DNA from: Geosiphon pyriformis uo1
Taxonomy: Eukaryota > Fungi > Glomeromycota
DNA: 64,000 nucleotides
NCBI GenBank assembly: GCA_016748015.1
Contig: JAAOMT010000777.1
Coordinates: 252,347-316,346, forward strand
Direction: 5' to 3'
The notes below the pieces were generated by a model. It had not been told where the DNA came from and did not search any database. It saw only the letters and a list, made by a program, of their open reading frames with translations. Shown in pieces: positions 24,413 to 38,570 of the stretch (the first letter of the stretch is position 1; each line of letters begins with the position of its first letter). The position numbers and the translations under genes are program-made.

Positions 24413-27196
24413 GATGAAAATGAACTCTGGAGAATGGCAAGTGCGAAAGCAGAAGGTGCAACAACTAGTGAACTACTGGAAATCAAAAACAACTCTCTAT
24501 CTCTTTTTGAACCTGAATATGTCCAAACTTTTGATGTCTTTAGCAACATTGAGGATAACCCAGAAGAATTCTATGAATATTATCAGCAATTAGCACCCAC
24601 TAAAGAAGAACAAGAGCAGCATTTAGAGCAGTTGCATACTCAATTATGTCAACATTGTTTGATTCCCTGTGACTTTCAATATTGTAATAAGTGTAATCTC
24701 ATTTACAATCTACCAATCTGCATGATTTATACAATTCCAGAGGAAAAGAAACCAATCAGCAGCTATGCATCAGAATTGGAATCAATTTTCAATTCTGATT
24801 CAAACTCTGACAACAATGATGACAAAAACAATGGTTCTAACTCTACTCAATATGGCAATGAAAATAACAACAATTTGGACTCCAATTTAAACCCTAAAAG
24901 ATATATTGTACTCCCTGATCTTACCAAGGAACAAAAACTGAAATGGTTCAGTGATAATAACAAAGGTATCATGCTTGAACATGCACATAATACTGATGCA
25001 GAGTTTGATTTGAGATATCCAGGAAAAGATCTTATCAAATTGAAACCACATTTGCACACTTGCATTAATCTGAAAATAGTACTGGAAATTTTAGCAATAA
25101 TAATGGTTCAACTAGCATCCAGGAGTAGTTTAGCAAAAAAGAGGATCAACATTAGAGAAGGAATAATTGATGCAGAATACATAAAAAATATCATTGCTAT
25201 GCTATAAAATAATTCAGAAAAGGTGTATATCATAGATCCAAATGAAAAGATAGCACAAACAATATTCTTACCTCTGGTAAAAATAACTCAGCTAGTGTTA
25301 GTGGGAAACAGGGAAGAATTAGGAATCACAGCCAAAGGGATACAGAGATTCAGATCAACAGGTAAAATAGATATACCAGTTAATATAATGAAGGAAGAGA
25401 TTATTGACAAAGAAAAAATTATCTCAACTCGTCAATTAATTTCTATTCCACCATATGATCAGTATATGTTAGCCATAAAAAGAGAAGTAAAAAATCAAGC
25501 TCAGTTGTTTGAAACAGAAGCCACCATTTGCAAATCAGAAAAGATTGGATTCACTAATCTCTATATATTAGCCAAAAGCCCCAAAAACATCAAAATTCCC
25601 ATCTACAACACAACGAAAAGTGTCATTGAAATACCAAAGAGAACTATTATTGAATATTTAACCACTAAAGTTGAGAATCAACCACCAAACCACATTCCAG
25701 ATTTTCTACAGCTTTGCAGATATGTGGACATTACATCACAAACCATCTACAGACAAAGTAAATATTATCTGCTCCAACCAGAACAATTGGAACAAATAAA
25801 CATGGGGAATCTAGACCCACTCTAACAGATACAACTAAAGATGTTACTCAGCAATTTCAATGACATTTTTGCTAGCAAAAATGAATTTGGCTGCACCAAT
25901 ATTATCCAGCATTAGATTAAGACTGAAGATGCAATGCCAATTAAACAAAAAGCATACAGAGTACCATCAACTAGCCATAAGATCATTTGTCAAGAAATCA
26001 ATTGGATGCTTGACAATGGGCTAATTCAGCTATCAATGAATCCATAGTCATTACCAATGGTACTAGTTCATAAAAAGAATGAAAAAATCTGCTTTTGTGT
26101 AGATTATCAAAAACTCAACAGTGTTACTCATGGAGACAGTTATCCAACTTCATGGATTTAAGAATTATTCAATGCTTTTGGTGAAAATAAATGGTTCTTA
26201 ACATTAGATCTAAATAGTGGTTACTGGCAAGTAGTCATGGATCCAGCCGACAAAGAAAAGACTGCATTCACAACAAGAGAAAAAAATTTTGAATTTGAAG
26301 TAATGCCATTCAGCTTAATGAATACTCCAGCCACATTCCAAAGATTAATGAAAATCATTTACATAGAACTATTATAGAAATCAGTAGTTGTATACTTGGA
26401 TAACACCAACGTATTTTCAAAAACATTTGACAATCATTTCTATTATCTACAGCAAGTGTTTGAAAGACTCAGAAGAGCAGAATTAAAGTTAAATACAACC
26501 AAGTGTTTCTTTGAAAAAACTGAACTCAAGTTTTTGGGACATGTCATAAGCAAGGACAGGATCAAAACAGATCCAGACAAAATTGAAGTTGTCAAGAACT
26601 TTTCAGTACCAAATAATCTCATAGAATTAAGAGCATTTTTGGGATTTACAGGGTATTATTGCCATTTTATTAAAGACTTTTCTAAACTAGCTCAGTCATT
26701 GCACCAACTTCAAAACAAGAATGTGAAATATGAATGGACAAAAATCTAGCAAGAAGCTTTTAATACACTAAGAAGAAAGCTCATTCAAGCTTCAGTGTTA
26801 ATTTATCTGAACCATAACAAATCATTCATCATCACCACTGATGCATCAAATCAAGCACTGGAAGCAGTACTATGGCAGAGAAGACCAGATGAAAGAGAAC
26901 ATTCAGTAGCATATGCCAGCCAAAGTTTGAGTCCAGCAAAAAAGAACTATGAGACACCAGCACTAAAACACTTAGCTATTTACTGGGCAATAATAAAATA
27001 AAAAGAATATTTGAGCCAAAAATTTGACATTTACACAGACCATAAAGGATTAACTTTAATCCAGAAACAAGAATTTGAAGATGACTGCCATGCTCAATGG
27101 AAGATAGAACTTTTAGCATACAAATATACAGTACATTACAAAAAGAGAAAAAAAAATGGAAATGCCGACAGTTTATCACAAATGAGACAAATCTAA
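24413..27196 (+). pseudogene. pol: A1 polyprotein, 3' part: zinc ribbon, dUTPase, RT, RNase H
   Basis: CQHC..CNKC; dUTPase motifs; LDLNSGYWQV and VVYLDNT (RT); ITTDAS and YTDH (RH). Ends NADSLSQMRQI*. Confidence 0.9.
24940..25365 (+). other. dUTPase domain in A1
   Basis: All five trimeric dUTPase motifs in order, with G>A erosion: DAEFDL, ASRSSL, GIIDAEY, KIAQ, KGIQRFRSTG. Confidence 0.85.
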
Positions 27197-27226
27197 AAAT
27201 ATTTCAACCCAAAAATATAACAAAAA

Positions 27227-30026
27227 ATGAATACACAAAAATACTAACAATTCCAACATTATATAAAAACTCAATTATTTAAGAAGAAATTATCTCAAAA
27301 GAAACAAAACAACATAAAACAGTAATCAAAATATTTTATTAACCATTAAAATATACTTTACTGAAAAAACAAAAAAAATTCAGATCAACCAATCAGAGTA
27401 ATCACAGAACCAGAAAAAAAGACAATATTATTCAAAATGCACTCAGATCTAATAGCAAAATATTTTCATAAAAAAGCAATCATAGAAAGAACCAGAAAAA
27501 GATACTATTGGCCATTAATATATTCAGATATTATCCAATATGTTCAAAATTGTGATGCTTGTCAAAGAAAAGGAGGAACAAAACCCAGTGAACCATTGAG
27601 CCCAATTAAAGTAGAACAACTATTTGACCGCATTGGAATTGACTTAGTTGAACCACTATCTATAATCAGCAGAGGCAACAGATACATTGCAGTAGCCATG
27701 AACTATCTCACAAAATGGCCAGAAGTAAAAGCCATTCAAAAAGCAGATGCAAAATCTGTTGCCGAATTCATTCATCAAGATTTGATTTGCCGACACAGAT
27801 GTCCAAAAAAACTGTTATCAGATCAAAGAACTCACTTTGTGAATAAAACATTAGCAGAATTAAGTCAAAGATTTGGGATAAAAAGACCATTATTATCACC
27901 ATACTATCCACAAACAAATGGGCTAGTTAAAAGATTTAACAGAATATTATGTGAAGCAATAGCCAAGATCAGTCAAGAAAACCAGGACAAATGAGATTTG
28001 TTTATACCATCAGTATTATTTGCTTATTGAACAATGAAGCAAGACACTACACAAGCAACACTATTTGAATTAGTATATGGTAGAACAGCAATATTACCAG
28101 TTGAGATAGAAGTCAACACTTATCTAACAGAACCAATAACTGAAGACAATTTTCAGGAAACATTGCTAAGAAGAACATATAACTTGATGGAAACACTAGA
28201 AAACAAATGGCAAAGAGCAGCTGATAACATCTAAAAGTCACAAGAGAAACAAAAAGAAAAACATGATAACCAACTACCAGACAAACCAGTTGAATTCAAA
28301 ATTGGAAACAAAGTACTTTTATATTGTATCAAAGCAGAAAAACAATGGAATAGAAAATTTGACCCCAAATAGAATGGACCATTTCACATAGAAAAAATTC
28401 TTGGAAATAGAGCTTATAAATTAAGATATGACAACAAAATCTTAGCCAAAGCAGCACATAGTGATCAACTGAAACCATATCATTATTGTTACTAGGTGAA
28501 AGCTATGGATTTGTAACTTCTTAGCAATGACAATAACTTTCACCTGGAACACACATTACCATAATTATGCTACTGACTATAATATATCATGGGTGTATAG
28601 ACTATTTCAGTAGATGGGAAAGCAAAAGGAATACATGATAAGGTCATTAAAAGTGAAAGAAAGTATTGTCATTATTATTTGTTTTTGAGCAAAAACCAGT
28701 CTTAGGTATTTGAAAAAGGGAAAAAAGAAGTCACATCTCTTTATATGTATTAGAAACACAACCAGCAACAAAAAGTGAAACCAACTACTCAAAGAAATAT
28801 GTAACCAGAATTCTTTCAATTAGTCATTGAAAGAGTGTGGTGTTTAAATACCTGCTTTAAAAATGAAGTTATAAGAATTATATAAAGAATTATGAAGGTC
28901 AAACATAACTGAAATAGATTTTGCTTAAACTTTTTATTGTTGAGACTACTCTCTAACAATATAATACTTTATTACTTATTTTTATATTTAACAACTTGTT
29001 TGGTGAAACAAGACTTAATGTGAAATGATAATAACACATGATTTAAAAGATCAGAAGTAATAGAACAACTTAAAATGGTGATAACAAGTAAGTAAAAGAT
29101 TATAAACAATGTGATTCCAAATGGTGATAAGGAATATGGGAAGACATATTTGAGATTGTGATGACAAGTATTTAGAGCATAGAAAAAAGGAGGGAGAGTG
29201 TAAGGAGTAGAGGAAAGGACTAACTGCTCACTATAAAACTATAGCAAAAAGTTGACTCAGTATTGAACTGATACTTTCCTGAACTGACAAAGGAGCTGTA
29301 TATATAGCTAAATTATATCAGATCTACATATTATATTAGAACTATTTAAAATACATCAATTATTTATATACATTTAATTAATCAATTTATGATGAGCTTA
29401 CTTGGCCTGTTATTCATCCAAGAGCTAATAATTTAGATGATTAGATTTAGATGGCTGAATCTAGAATATTGATTGTAAATCAATGATACCAATTGTGATT
29501 ATGATCAACATAATCAGAAGTAGATCAATTGATTACATTTCTTAGTAACTACTTTTAACCATTAATTGCAGATCTGAAATATTAGATTGTTTCAATAAGG
29601 GCATATGAGAATTTTAGAGCATAACAAAATCTGTTGTTATTTGATTACATGTATCAATCATTCATTTCCATTGGTGTTTCTTAGTTTGCCAAGATTTCTT
29701 TGTATCCAACTTAGTTAAACTGTTGGATTGTGCTATATTTCTTTGTTGTAATTGGATTAATTGCTGATCATTTATTCTCAAATTGCCAGCTGATTTTGTT
29801 GATTAAGTGTGATAATGTAGGTTTTTTTTGCATGATTTTGATGTTAATTTTTATTGTATGTGTTGTAATTTTTGCATTGAAAAGTGTGAAAATCTTCTAG
29901 TAACACCATATAGTGTTACTATCTACCAGTAATATTCCACAATTAGGAGTACAGAGAATACTAGTCCAACCAGATGAGATTTCATAAGATCTGGAACCAG
30001 TCATAATCATTAAACCAAACACATAA
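27227..30026 (+). pseudogene. A1 integrase, separate ORF, C-terminus split by solo LTR D
   Basis: Own ATG; HSD..H..CDAC zinc finger; RIGIDLV, LLSDQRTHF, PQTNGLVKRFN. Resumes at 29910 and ends DLEPVIIIKPNT*. Confidence 0.88.
28487..29905 (-). mobile_element. Solo LTR of a fourth family (D)
   Basis: 9-bp inverted termini TGTTACTAG/CTAGTAACA; TSD TTAT/CCAT (C>T decayed); integrase frame resumes after it; TATA then TCAGT on the minus strand. Confidence 0.8.
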
Positions 30027-30035
30027 AATGAAACA

Positions 30036-30120
30036 ATGGAAAGAATATATAAAGACATAATAGATGTAATAGAAGACATCAGAAAAATAGAAATTACCAA
30101 CAATATCTACTCACTAATGC
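30036..30120 (+). pseudogene. Probable start of family-A ORF3, truncated by the A2 insertion
   Basis: MERIYKDIIDVIEDIRKIEITNNIYSLM begins 9 nt after the integrase stop, at the same position as ORF3 in family B. Confidence 0.45.
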
Positions 30121-30992
30121 TGTTATTCATAAAATATAGGAAAGATATTAGTATATAAATTAGCCAATCAGAAGTAACCATAGTAAATATGAAATTCTAA
30201 GATTCCTCTCAAGAGGAATTACAGGATTCCAGGAATTTCAGAATTCTTGTACAAGGAATCGCAAGATTCCAGAATTCCAGAATTCTTCTCAAAAAGAATT
30301 GCAGGATTCCAGAAATTCCAGAATTTCTGGCATAAAGAATCAAAGAATTGAGGAATCTCAATTATATATATATAGTGGTAGTATTAGAAGTAGAAAAGAC
30401 AGACCTCCCAGTTTAAATTTAATCTAAACAACCTTCCACATCACAATATTAATAAAATAACTATTTGTTATTCTAATCCACTTTCCACTATTAATACTAC
30501 ATGTTAATAGTAATTCATACTTGACCATATTAGAACAATAGCTCTTGATTATAGCTATTGACAAAATACTAACTTGTAATTGCTTTTACTTATTTTCTTA
30601 TTTTTCTTTTATTTTCTTTTATTTCTTTTGTTATTTCTTTGGAGTTACTAATTGATTAAAGATTAAGTGCTGAGATATTGATGTCAAGAATAGCCTGGTA
30701 AAAGACTTCAAAGGAAGGGTATAAGAAGTATATATATTAATGGATAGCTTACCAAAAAGGCATCCCTGCCAAGATTACTGGCCACTATGCTAAGAAAAAA
30801 ATTCGATGGAATTGTGATTCTAAAAGACTACTGGAAAGACAATAATTGAATCTCTGTCTATTATACAAAAGACTTCAACTCAAAACCTTCAGATACAACC
30901 AACATACTAATATTACCAGTATTATTAAGACATTGAGCACCAAGTTATGGATTTGTTATTTGATTTGAGACCCCAAATAATCACCTGTAACA
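30121..30992 (+). repeat. A2 5' LTR
   Basis: TGTTATTCA...TGTAACA; followed by PBS TGGTGCTTTCTGTAAGG (30995-31011). Confidence 0.9.
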
Positions 30993-31054
30993 TTTGGTGC
31001 TTTCTGTAAGGTATAATCCTACAGAGAACCAGCACTAACAGCAATCATCCAAAA

Positions 31055-34000
31055 GTGGCAGAACCAGAAAACACAAAAGCAAACCATTTAAGATTTGCCA
31101 AATTCTTGTTTCAACAATACAGCCAACAATTAAGATTAAACAATAATCATTTCCCAACAAAATCAGCTTTCAACTTTTACATCAATAATAAAATCACAAA
31201 CTGCTTAGAAGAGACAGTTAACATCAAATCAGTAAGAGAAAACTTTTACACAGAATTATTTCAATACACCAACTTATTAAGAAATTACAGTTTTATATCA
31301 ATCATCAGGGAAATTAATCAAACCATTAAAAAGTACACCCAACAACAATTTTCTATCACATACACAGACAAAGACAAAGAAGATTGCAAACACCAGTAGT
31401 AATACCCAAAACAATACAACCACTCACTTAGAAGAAAAACAGAGTTGAATTGCCAACAAATCTATCATATCACTATACACTCAGAAGCACTATCAACATT
31501 GTATCAACCAGCATATTCACATCACACATGACATCAACATTTGGACAACTTCCATTTCAAAATAAACAAAAGAAAGCAGAATTACTAGGAACCTATGGCA
31601 ATTATTTTGAAGAATTTAAATTACAATTGCCAATGTCATCAAGATTTCAATTACCACCATCTCAACTCGATTTCAGAAATACAAGTTCTTGGGAAATAAC
31701 AAAATCAGAAGAAAAAGAAGAAAAAGAAGCCAAAAATCAAAAATTTACTTACCAGAAACCAATTTCAGAAAATCTGGACATTGAAACCCCAAACTTTCAG
31801 ATGCAGTAAGATTCTAATTTAGAAAATCTGGAAATTAAAACTCCAAACTTTCAAACTCCTCAAAATCCAAACAATACGAACTCTGAAACAATTAATCAGC
31901 AAAACTTACCTCTAGTAATCATCATTAATCAACCACCAATTGAACCAATTATTGAACCAATCCAACAGCAGCCACTTCAACCACCTCAACAATCACAACA
32001 GCTGCTTCAACAGCCACAACAGCAATTACAACCACCACAACAGTAACAACAACTGAACTTAGATCCAATAGCCTACACTTCAATAGCAAAACTCAAGAAA
32101 TTCATTGGCAAAGAAAATGATGTTCAAATATGGTTCAACAATATTAAAAAGGCCATCACAGCCAATGAATAAAATGATACAAGAGCCCTCCAAGCCATCT
32201 CTTATTTTTTCCAGGACATTACTGACTCATGGTATCAAAGCTTAGCCAACAAACCCCAGGATTTCAATGCATTCAAGCTTGCATTCCTACAATATTTCAG
32301 TAATAATAATAGCATCAATCAATTGGCAAACACTTTTACCACCATTAAGCAAGGAGAAAATGAAGCAGTTACTACTTACTTAGGATGCTTTTACAAAAAT
32401 CTGCACCAAATCCAGACCATACAGACTGATTATTTTACAGTGCCACAAATTCTAAACCAATTCATCAAAGGTCTGCACAGTAGCATTCTCCAATGTATAT
32501 GTCCAATACATCCAGTAGACCTTCAAGCTGCAGTTACAAACACCAGAGATTTTAAAGCAGCTAAACTCGAAGCTAACCATGCCCAAGCCATTAATCTAGT
32601 AATGAATGAATTATCTGAATTGGATTCCAAATTAAAACAATTTAGTGATTCCATCAATCAGAAATTAGAGGGATACTTAATTGACAATCAAGCAATTTAT
32701 CAACCACCACAATGACGTAATAATTCCGAAAACATGAATCATATCTAGAATCAGTCACATCCAACATCTTCAACCAATTAACAGTGACAGCAGAAGATGC
32801 GTGCTTGTCACTATTGTGATAAACAAGGACATTTACAGTTTGAATGCCATAAACAGCTAAATAAATAAAGATCAGGCTATTAGTATCAAAACTCCGATTG
32901 CTAATTATGAACTTAGAATTACATTAGTAATTAATCACCAGAACTGTATCAACCAAATTACCTACCTATGACACAACAACCAATCTATTAACTACCAATT
33001 TATCAGCCAACAATACTCATCATTTATCAACTGCAGTCCCAACTCACTTATCCACTGCAGCCTTAGGCAATTTATTAGTTTCAACAAATTCAAACACTGT
33101 TATAGAACTTACTTCAAAATGGAACCCAAAGACCATGACTGACACAACAAAGCTGAAAATTGTCAATAGTAGTCTATCAACTCATTCCCAGTTCCTCAAA
33201 CCAGCCATCAGGATCTTGACAATAGAATTCGGGCACCGGGAACCCCCAAAACCCGAATGCTCAACACTATTTAAGTCTTCTGGTTATCCCAAAAGATGCC
33301 TTACTCAACAATCAGGAACCTAACCAACACAAATCACTTACCAGCAATATACCTCCCACCACCATAACAAACAACAAATCATTAGCCACAATTTTTCCAT
33401 TCGAATTTGAGGAAACCACACCAGTTCTATTATTCAGTGGAGCTGCTCTTGACACCAAACCGATTACTGTTATGTACACTGATGTAAAAGTTGATAGTCA
33501 TGCCATTAAATTAATACTAGACAGTAGATCAGCTGGCAGCATTATTACATGACAACTTATAAACCAATTAGGTCACTGAGTTGATTGTACTGCTAGCACT
33601 TGCATAATCACCGCTGATAGAGCAACCAAAATTCTTATTAGTGAAATTGATAACTTCCCTTTTGAAGTCAATGGCATCATTATTCTCATTAAAGTCCTAG
33701 TGATAAAAGCAACTCAATATCAGACATTAGTAAGAAATAACTGGTTATCTAAAACCAATGCCATACTTGACTAGACAACACAAAAACTTCAACTTAGCCA
33801 GAATAGTTAACACACATATGTACCAGCCATGTGTGGTTACTTCAAACTAACCAATATGCCAGCATTACTTATTAAATTTGAGGAAGAAGAGAAGAAACCT
33901 ACTTGGGAAGCCTACCAAGTTTCCTGGGCTGACACAAAACACAATAAGCTGTCACCAATACCTTTATGGGATGACAACAGTAAAGGAAAGCAGAGAGAAG

Positions 34001-37000
34001 AACTTACCTGGAATGCCAACTAAGCCTAGGAAACCAACCACAATTCAGAAGAATTAACAACTTGGGAATGAGATGAGAGAGAGAAAGAGAAAAGAAAAGC
34101 AAAGAAAAAAAAACCACTACTAACTGCCAGTTACACTCCTTACACATATACACCATCACAATAATCAAGCTATCATCAACCAAAGCTAATATACATCGAT
34201 TGCAGCAAGAAATTGTCATCAATGGGTGCATGCTGTGGCAATGATGAGGAATATCAAATGGCAACCAAATTCTATTGCCGTGTGTGTATCATAGAACACT
34301 TCGGATGACCAAAACAGCAAAGAAAATGGGACAACAAACCTTGTCTAGCTTGTAGGAAAACCTTACTTAATGAAGGAATGTGGAATGACATTCCTGGTTA
34401 AAAAGAAATGTGCGACACTTTGTGCCAGTACACAATCCTTACCAGCAACTGGGTTAAGAAAGAAACACCAATAGAAACCATTTAGAAAAGAGCTATACAG
34501 TGATTAGACAGTTGTCCACATAACAATAATAAGATATAGAGAATGGCAATAGCCAAGATAGAAAGAGTGTCATCTGAAGCAATCAAAGAAATCAAAAACA
34601 ACTCACCAGAATCAATAGAGCTTAACTGGGACTTAGAACCAGTTATTAATCTTCTAGATCTGAAACAATTCTATGAATACTACTAGGAATTAGCACCCAC
34701 TAGAGAAGAGCAAGAGCAATGCTTAGAACAATTGAATACTCAATTATGTCAACATTGCTTAATTCCCTGTAACTTCCAATATTGTAATGAGTGTAACCTT
34801 ATTTACAATCCACCAACATGCATGATCTACACAATTCCAGAAGAGGAAGAACCAATCAACAGCTGTGTATCAGAATCGGAATCAAGTTTCAATTCCAATT
34901 CAAACTCTGACAATAATGATGATGAAAATAGTAGTTCTAGCTCTGTTCAAAATGGCAATAAAAATAACAATAATTTGGACTCTGATTCAAATCCCAAAAC
35001 ATTTATTACACTTTCTGACCTCATCAAGAAACAGAAACTAAAATGGTTTAGTGATAACAACAAAGGTATCATGCCTGAATGTGCGCATGATACTAATGCA
35101 AAGTTTGATCTAAGATATCTGAGAAAAGATCTCATTAAATTGGAACCACATTTGTGCACTTGCATCGATCTGAAAATAGCACTAGAAATTTCAGCAACAA
35201 CAATAATTCAACTAGCATCTAAAAGTAGTTTAGCGAAAAAGAGGATCAACATCAGAGAAGAAATAATTAATGTAGAATACATAGGAAATATTATTGCTAT
35301 GCTACAAAATGATTCAGAAAAGGCATATATCATAGATTTAAATGAAAAGATAGCACAGGCAATATTCTTACCTCTGGTAAAAATAACTTAGCTAGTGTCA
35401 GTGGGAAACAGAAAAAAATTAGGGATCACAGCCAGAGGAATACAGGGATTCAGATCAACAGGTAGAATAGATATATCAGTTAATATAACAGAAGAAAAAA
35501 TTGTTAACAAAGGAGAAATTATCTCAACCTGTCAAGCAATTTTCATTCCACTATATAACCAGTATATGTTAGCCATAAAAAGAGAAGTAAAGAATTAAGC
35601 TCAGTTGTTTGAAGCAGAGGTCACCATTTGCGAATCAGGAGAGATTGGACTCACTAATCTCTACATATCAGTCAAAAGCCCCAAAAACATCAAAATTCCC
35701 ATCTACAACACAATGGGAAATGTTATTGAAATACCAAAGGAAACTATCATTGAATATTTAACCACCAAAGTTGAGGATCAACCACCAAACCACATTCCAG
35801 ATTTTCCACAGCTTTGTAAATATATGGACATCATATCACAAACTATCTATAGACAAAGTGAATGTTATTTGCTCTAGCCAGAACAATTGGAACAGATAAA
35901 CATAGAGAATCTAAACCCACTCCAACAGATACAACTAAGGATATTACTTAGCAATTTCAATAACATCTTTGCAAGTGAAAATGAATTTGGCAGGACTAAC
36001 ATCATCCAACATCAAATCAAAACTGAAAATGCAATGTCAATTAAACAAAGAGCATACAGAGTAGCACCAGCCAATCATAAGATTATTCGTCAAGAAATCA
36101 ATTAGATGCTTGACAATGGGCTAATTCAGCCATCAATAAGTCCATGGTTGTTACCAGTGGTACTAGTCTGGAAGAAAAATAGGAAAATCCGATTTTGTGT
36201 GGATTACTAGAAACTGAATGGAGTAATCAAAAGAGATAGCTATCCAACACCCAAGATCCAAGAGCTGTTTGATGCTTTTGGAGGAAATAAATGGTTTTCA
36301 ACACTAAACTTAGACAGTGGCTACTGGCAAGTAGCTATGAAGCCAGAAGACAAAGAGAAAACAGCTTTTACAACTCAGGAAGGAAACTTTGAATTTGAAG
36401 TAATGCCATTCAGCTTAATGAATACACCAGCAACATTCCAATGGCTCATGAAAATTGTATATACCAGACTATTATGGAAATCAATAGTTGTATACTTAGA
36501 TGACACAAATGTGTTCTCTAAAACATTTGATAACTATCTATATCATCTTCAACAAGTATTTGAAAGATTAAGAAAAGCAAAATTAAAGCTGAATGCAAAC
36601 AAATGTTTCTTTGGAAAAACTGAATTAAAATTTTTAGGACATGTGATAAGCAAAGATAGTATCAAGACAGATCTAGACAAAATTACAATAGTAAAAAACT
36701 TTTTAGTACCAACCAACTTGACGGAACTAAGAGCATTTTTGGGATTTGCTGGATACTACTGCTGCTTTATCAAAAACTTTTCCAAAATAGCTTAACTCCT
36801 ATATCAATTCTAAACAAAGAACACCAAATATGAATGGACTGAAACTCAACAAAAAACTTTTGATACATTAAAAAGAAAGCTTATTCAAGTCCCAGTACTA
36901 ATATATCCAGATCATAGCAAGCCATTCATAATTACAACTGATACATCTGGCCAAGCATTGGGAGCAGTACTATCACAGAAAGGATCAGATAGAAGAGAAC

Positions 37001-37296
37001 ATTCAGTAGTATATGCCAGTAGAAGCTTAAGTCCAGCTGAAAAAAATTATGGAACTCCAACACTAAAGCACTTAGCTATCTATTGGGCTGTTACCAAATG
37101 GAAAGAATACTTGAGCCAAAAGTTTGATGTTTATACTGACCACAAAGAATTGACTTTAATCCAAAAGCAAGAATTTGGGGACAATTGCCATGCCAGATTG
37201 AAAATAGAACTTTCACTATTTAATTATACAGTATATTATAAAAAAGGAAAAGACAATGGAAATGCCAATGGATTGTTGTAAATAAGACAAATTTAA
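31055..37296 (+). pseudogene. A2 gag-PR-Cys-rich-dUTPase-RT-RNase H polyprotein
   Basis: ORF fragments from 31450 to 37281 are all in one frame; LILDSRS, VVYLDDT, ITTDTS, YTDH; many nonsense transitions. Confidence 0.9.
35041..35465 (+). other. dUTPase domain in A2
   Basis: NAKFDL, ASKSSL, EIINVEY, KIAQ, RGIQGFRSTG. Confidence 0.85.
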
Positions 37297-37326
37297 AAAC
37301 ATTTCAACACAAAAATATAACAAAAG

Positions 37327-38570
37327 ATGAATATACAAAAATACCAACAACTCCAACATTATATAAATACCCAATTGTTTAAGGAGAAATTATCTCAAAA
37401 AGAACAAAACAACATAAAACAACAATTAAAATATTTTATCAATCATCAAAATATACTTTACTGAAAAAACAGAAGAAATCCAGATCAACCAATCAGAGTA
37501 GTTACAGAGCCAGAAAAAGAGACAATATTGTTCAACATGTATTCAGATCTAATAGCAGAATATTTTCATAAAAAAACAACCATGGAAAGAACCAAAAAGA
37601 GATATTATTGGCCATCAATATATCCAAACATCATCTAATATGTTCAAAATTGTAATGCTTGTCAAAAAAGAGGAGAAGTGAGACCAAGTGAACCATTGAA
37701 ACCAATCAAAGTGGAACAAACATTTGATCAAAGTGGAACAACCATTTGATCGAATTGGAATTAATCTAGTCAGACCATTAACAATCACTAGCAAAGGCAA
37801 CAGATATATTGCAGTAGCCATGGATTATTTTACAAAATGGCTGAAAGCAAAAGCCATTCAAAGAGCAGATGCAGAATCTGTTGCTGAATTCATCCATTAA
37901 GATTTAATCTGTTGACATGGATGTCCAAAAGAATTATTATCTGATCAAGAAACTCACTTTGTGAATAGAACATTAGCAAAATTAAGCCAAAAATTTGGAA
38001 TTAAAAGACCATTATCATCACCATATCATCCACAAACAAATAGATTAGTTAAAAGGTTTAATAGAACATTGTGTGAAGCAATTGCCAAAATCAGTCAAGA
38101 AAATTAGGATGAATAGAACTTGTTCATACCATCAATACTATTTGCTTATTGGACAATAAAGCAAGATACCACATAGGCAACACCATTTAAATTGGTATAC
38201 GGTAGAACAACAACATTACCAGTTGAGATAGAAGTCAACACTTATTTAACAGAACCAATAACTAAAGACAATTTTCAGAAAACATTGTTGAGAAGAACAT
38301 ATGACTTAATAAAGACACTAGAAAACAAATGACAGAAAGCAGCTGATAATATTCAAAAGTCACAAAAGAAACAAAAAGAAAGACATAATAACCAACTAGT
38401 AGACAAACCAGTTGAATTCAAAATTGAAGACAAAGTACTTTTACATTGTACCAAAGTGAAAAAACAATGGAGTGGAAAATTTGACCCCAAATAGGACAAA
38501 CCATTTCACATAGAAGAAATTCTTGAAAATGGAGCTTATAAACTAAGATGGGACAACAAAATCTTAGCCA
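37327..38570 (+). pseudogene. A2 integrase, separate ORF, with a 22-bp frameshifting duplication and 3' truncation
   Basis: Collinear with 27227-28450. Confidence 0.88.

Larger units (their letters stand above)
30121..38570 (+). mobile_element. Ty3/Gypsy family A copy A2, 3'-truncated, nested in A1
   Basis: LTR, PBS and gag-PR-dUT-RT-RH-INT. Preceded by ATGC with no PPT. Ends inside the integrase C-terminus. Confidence 0.9.
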
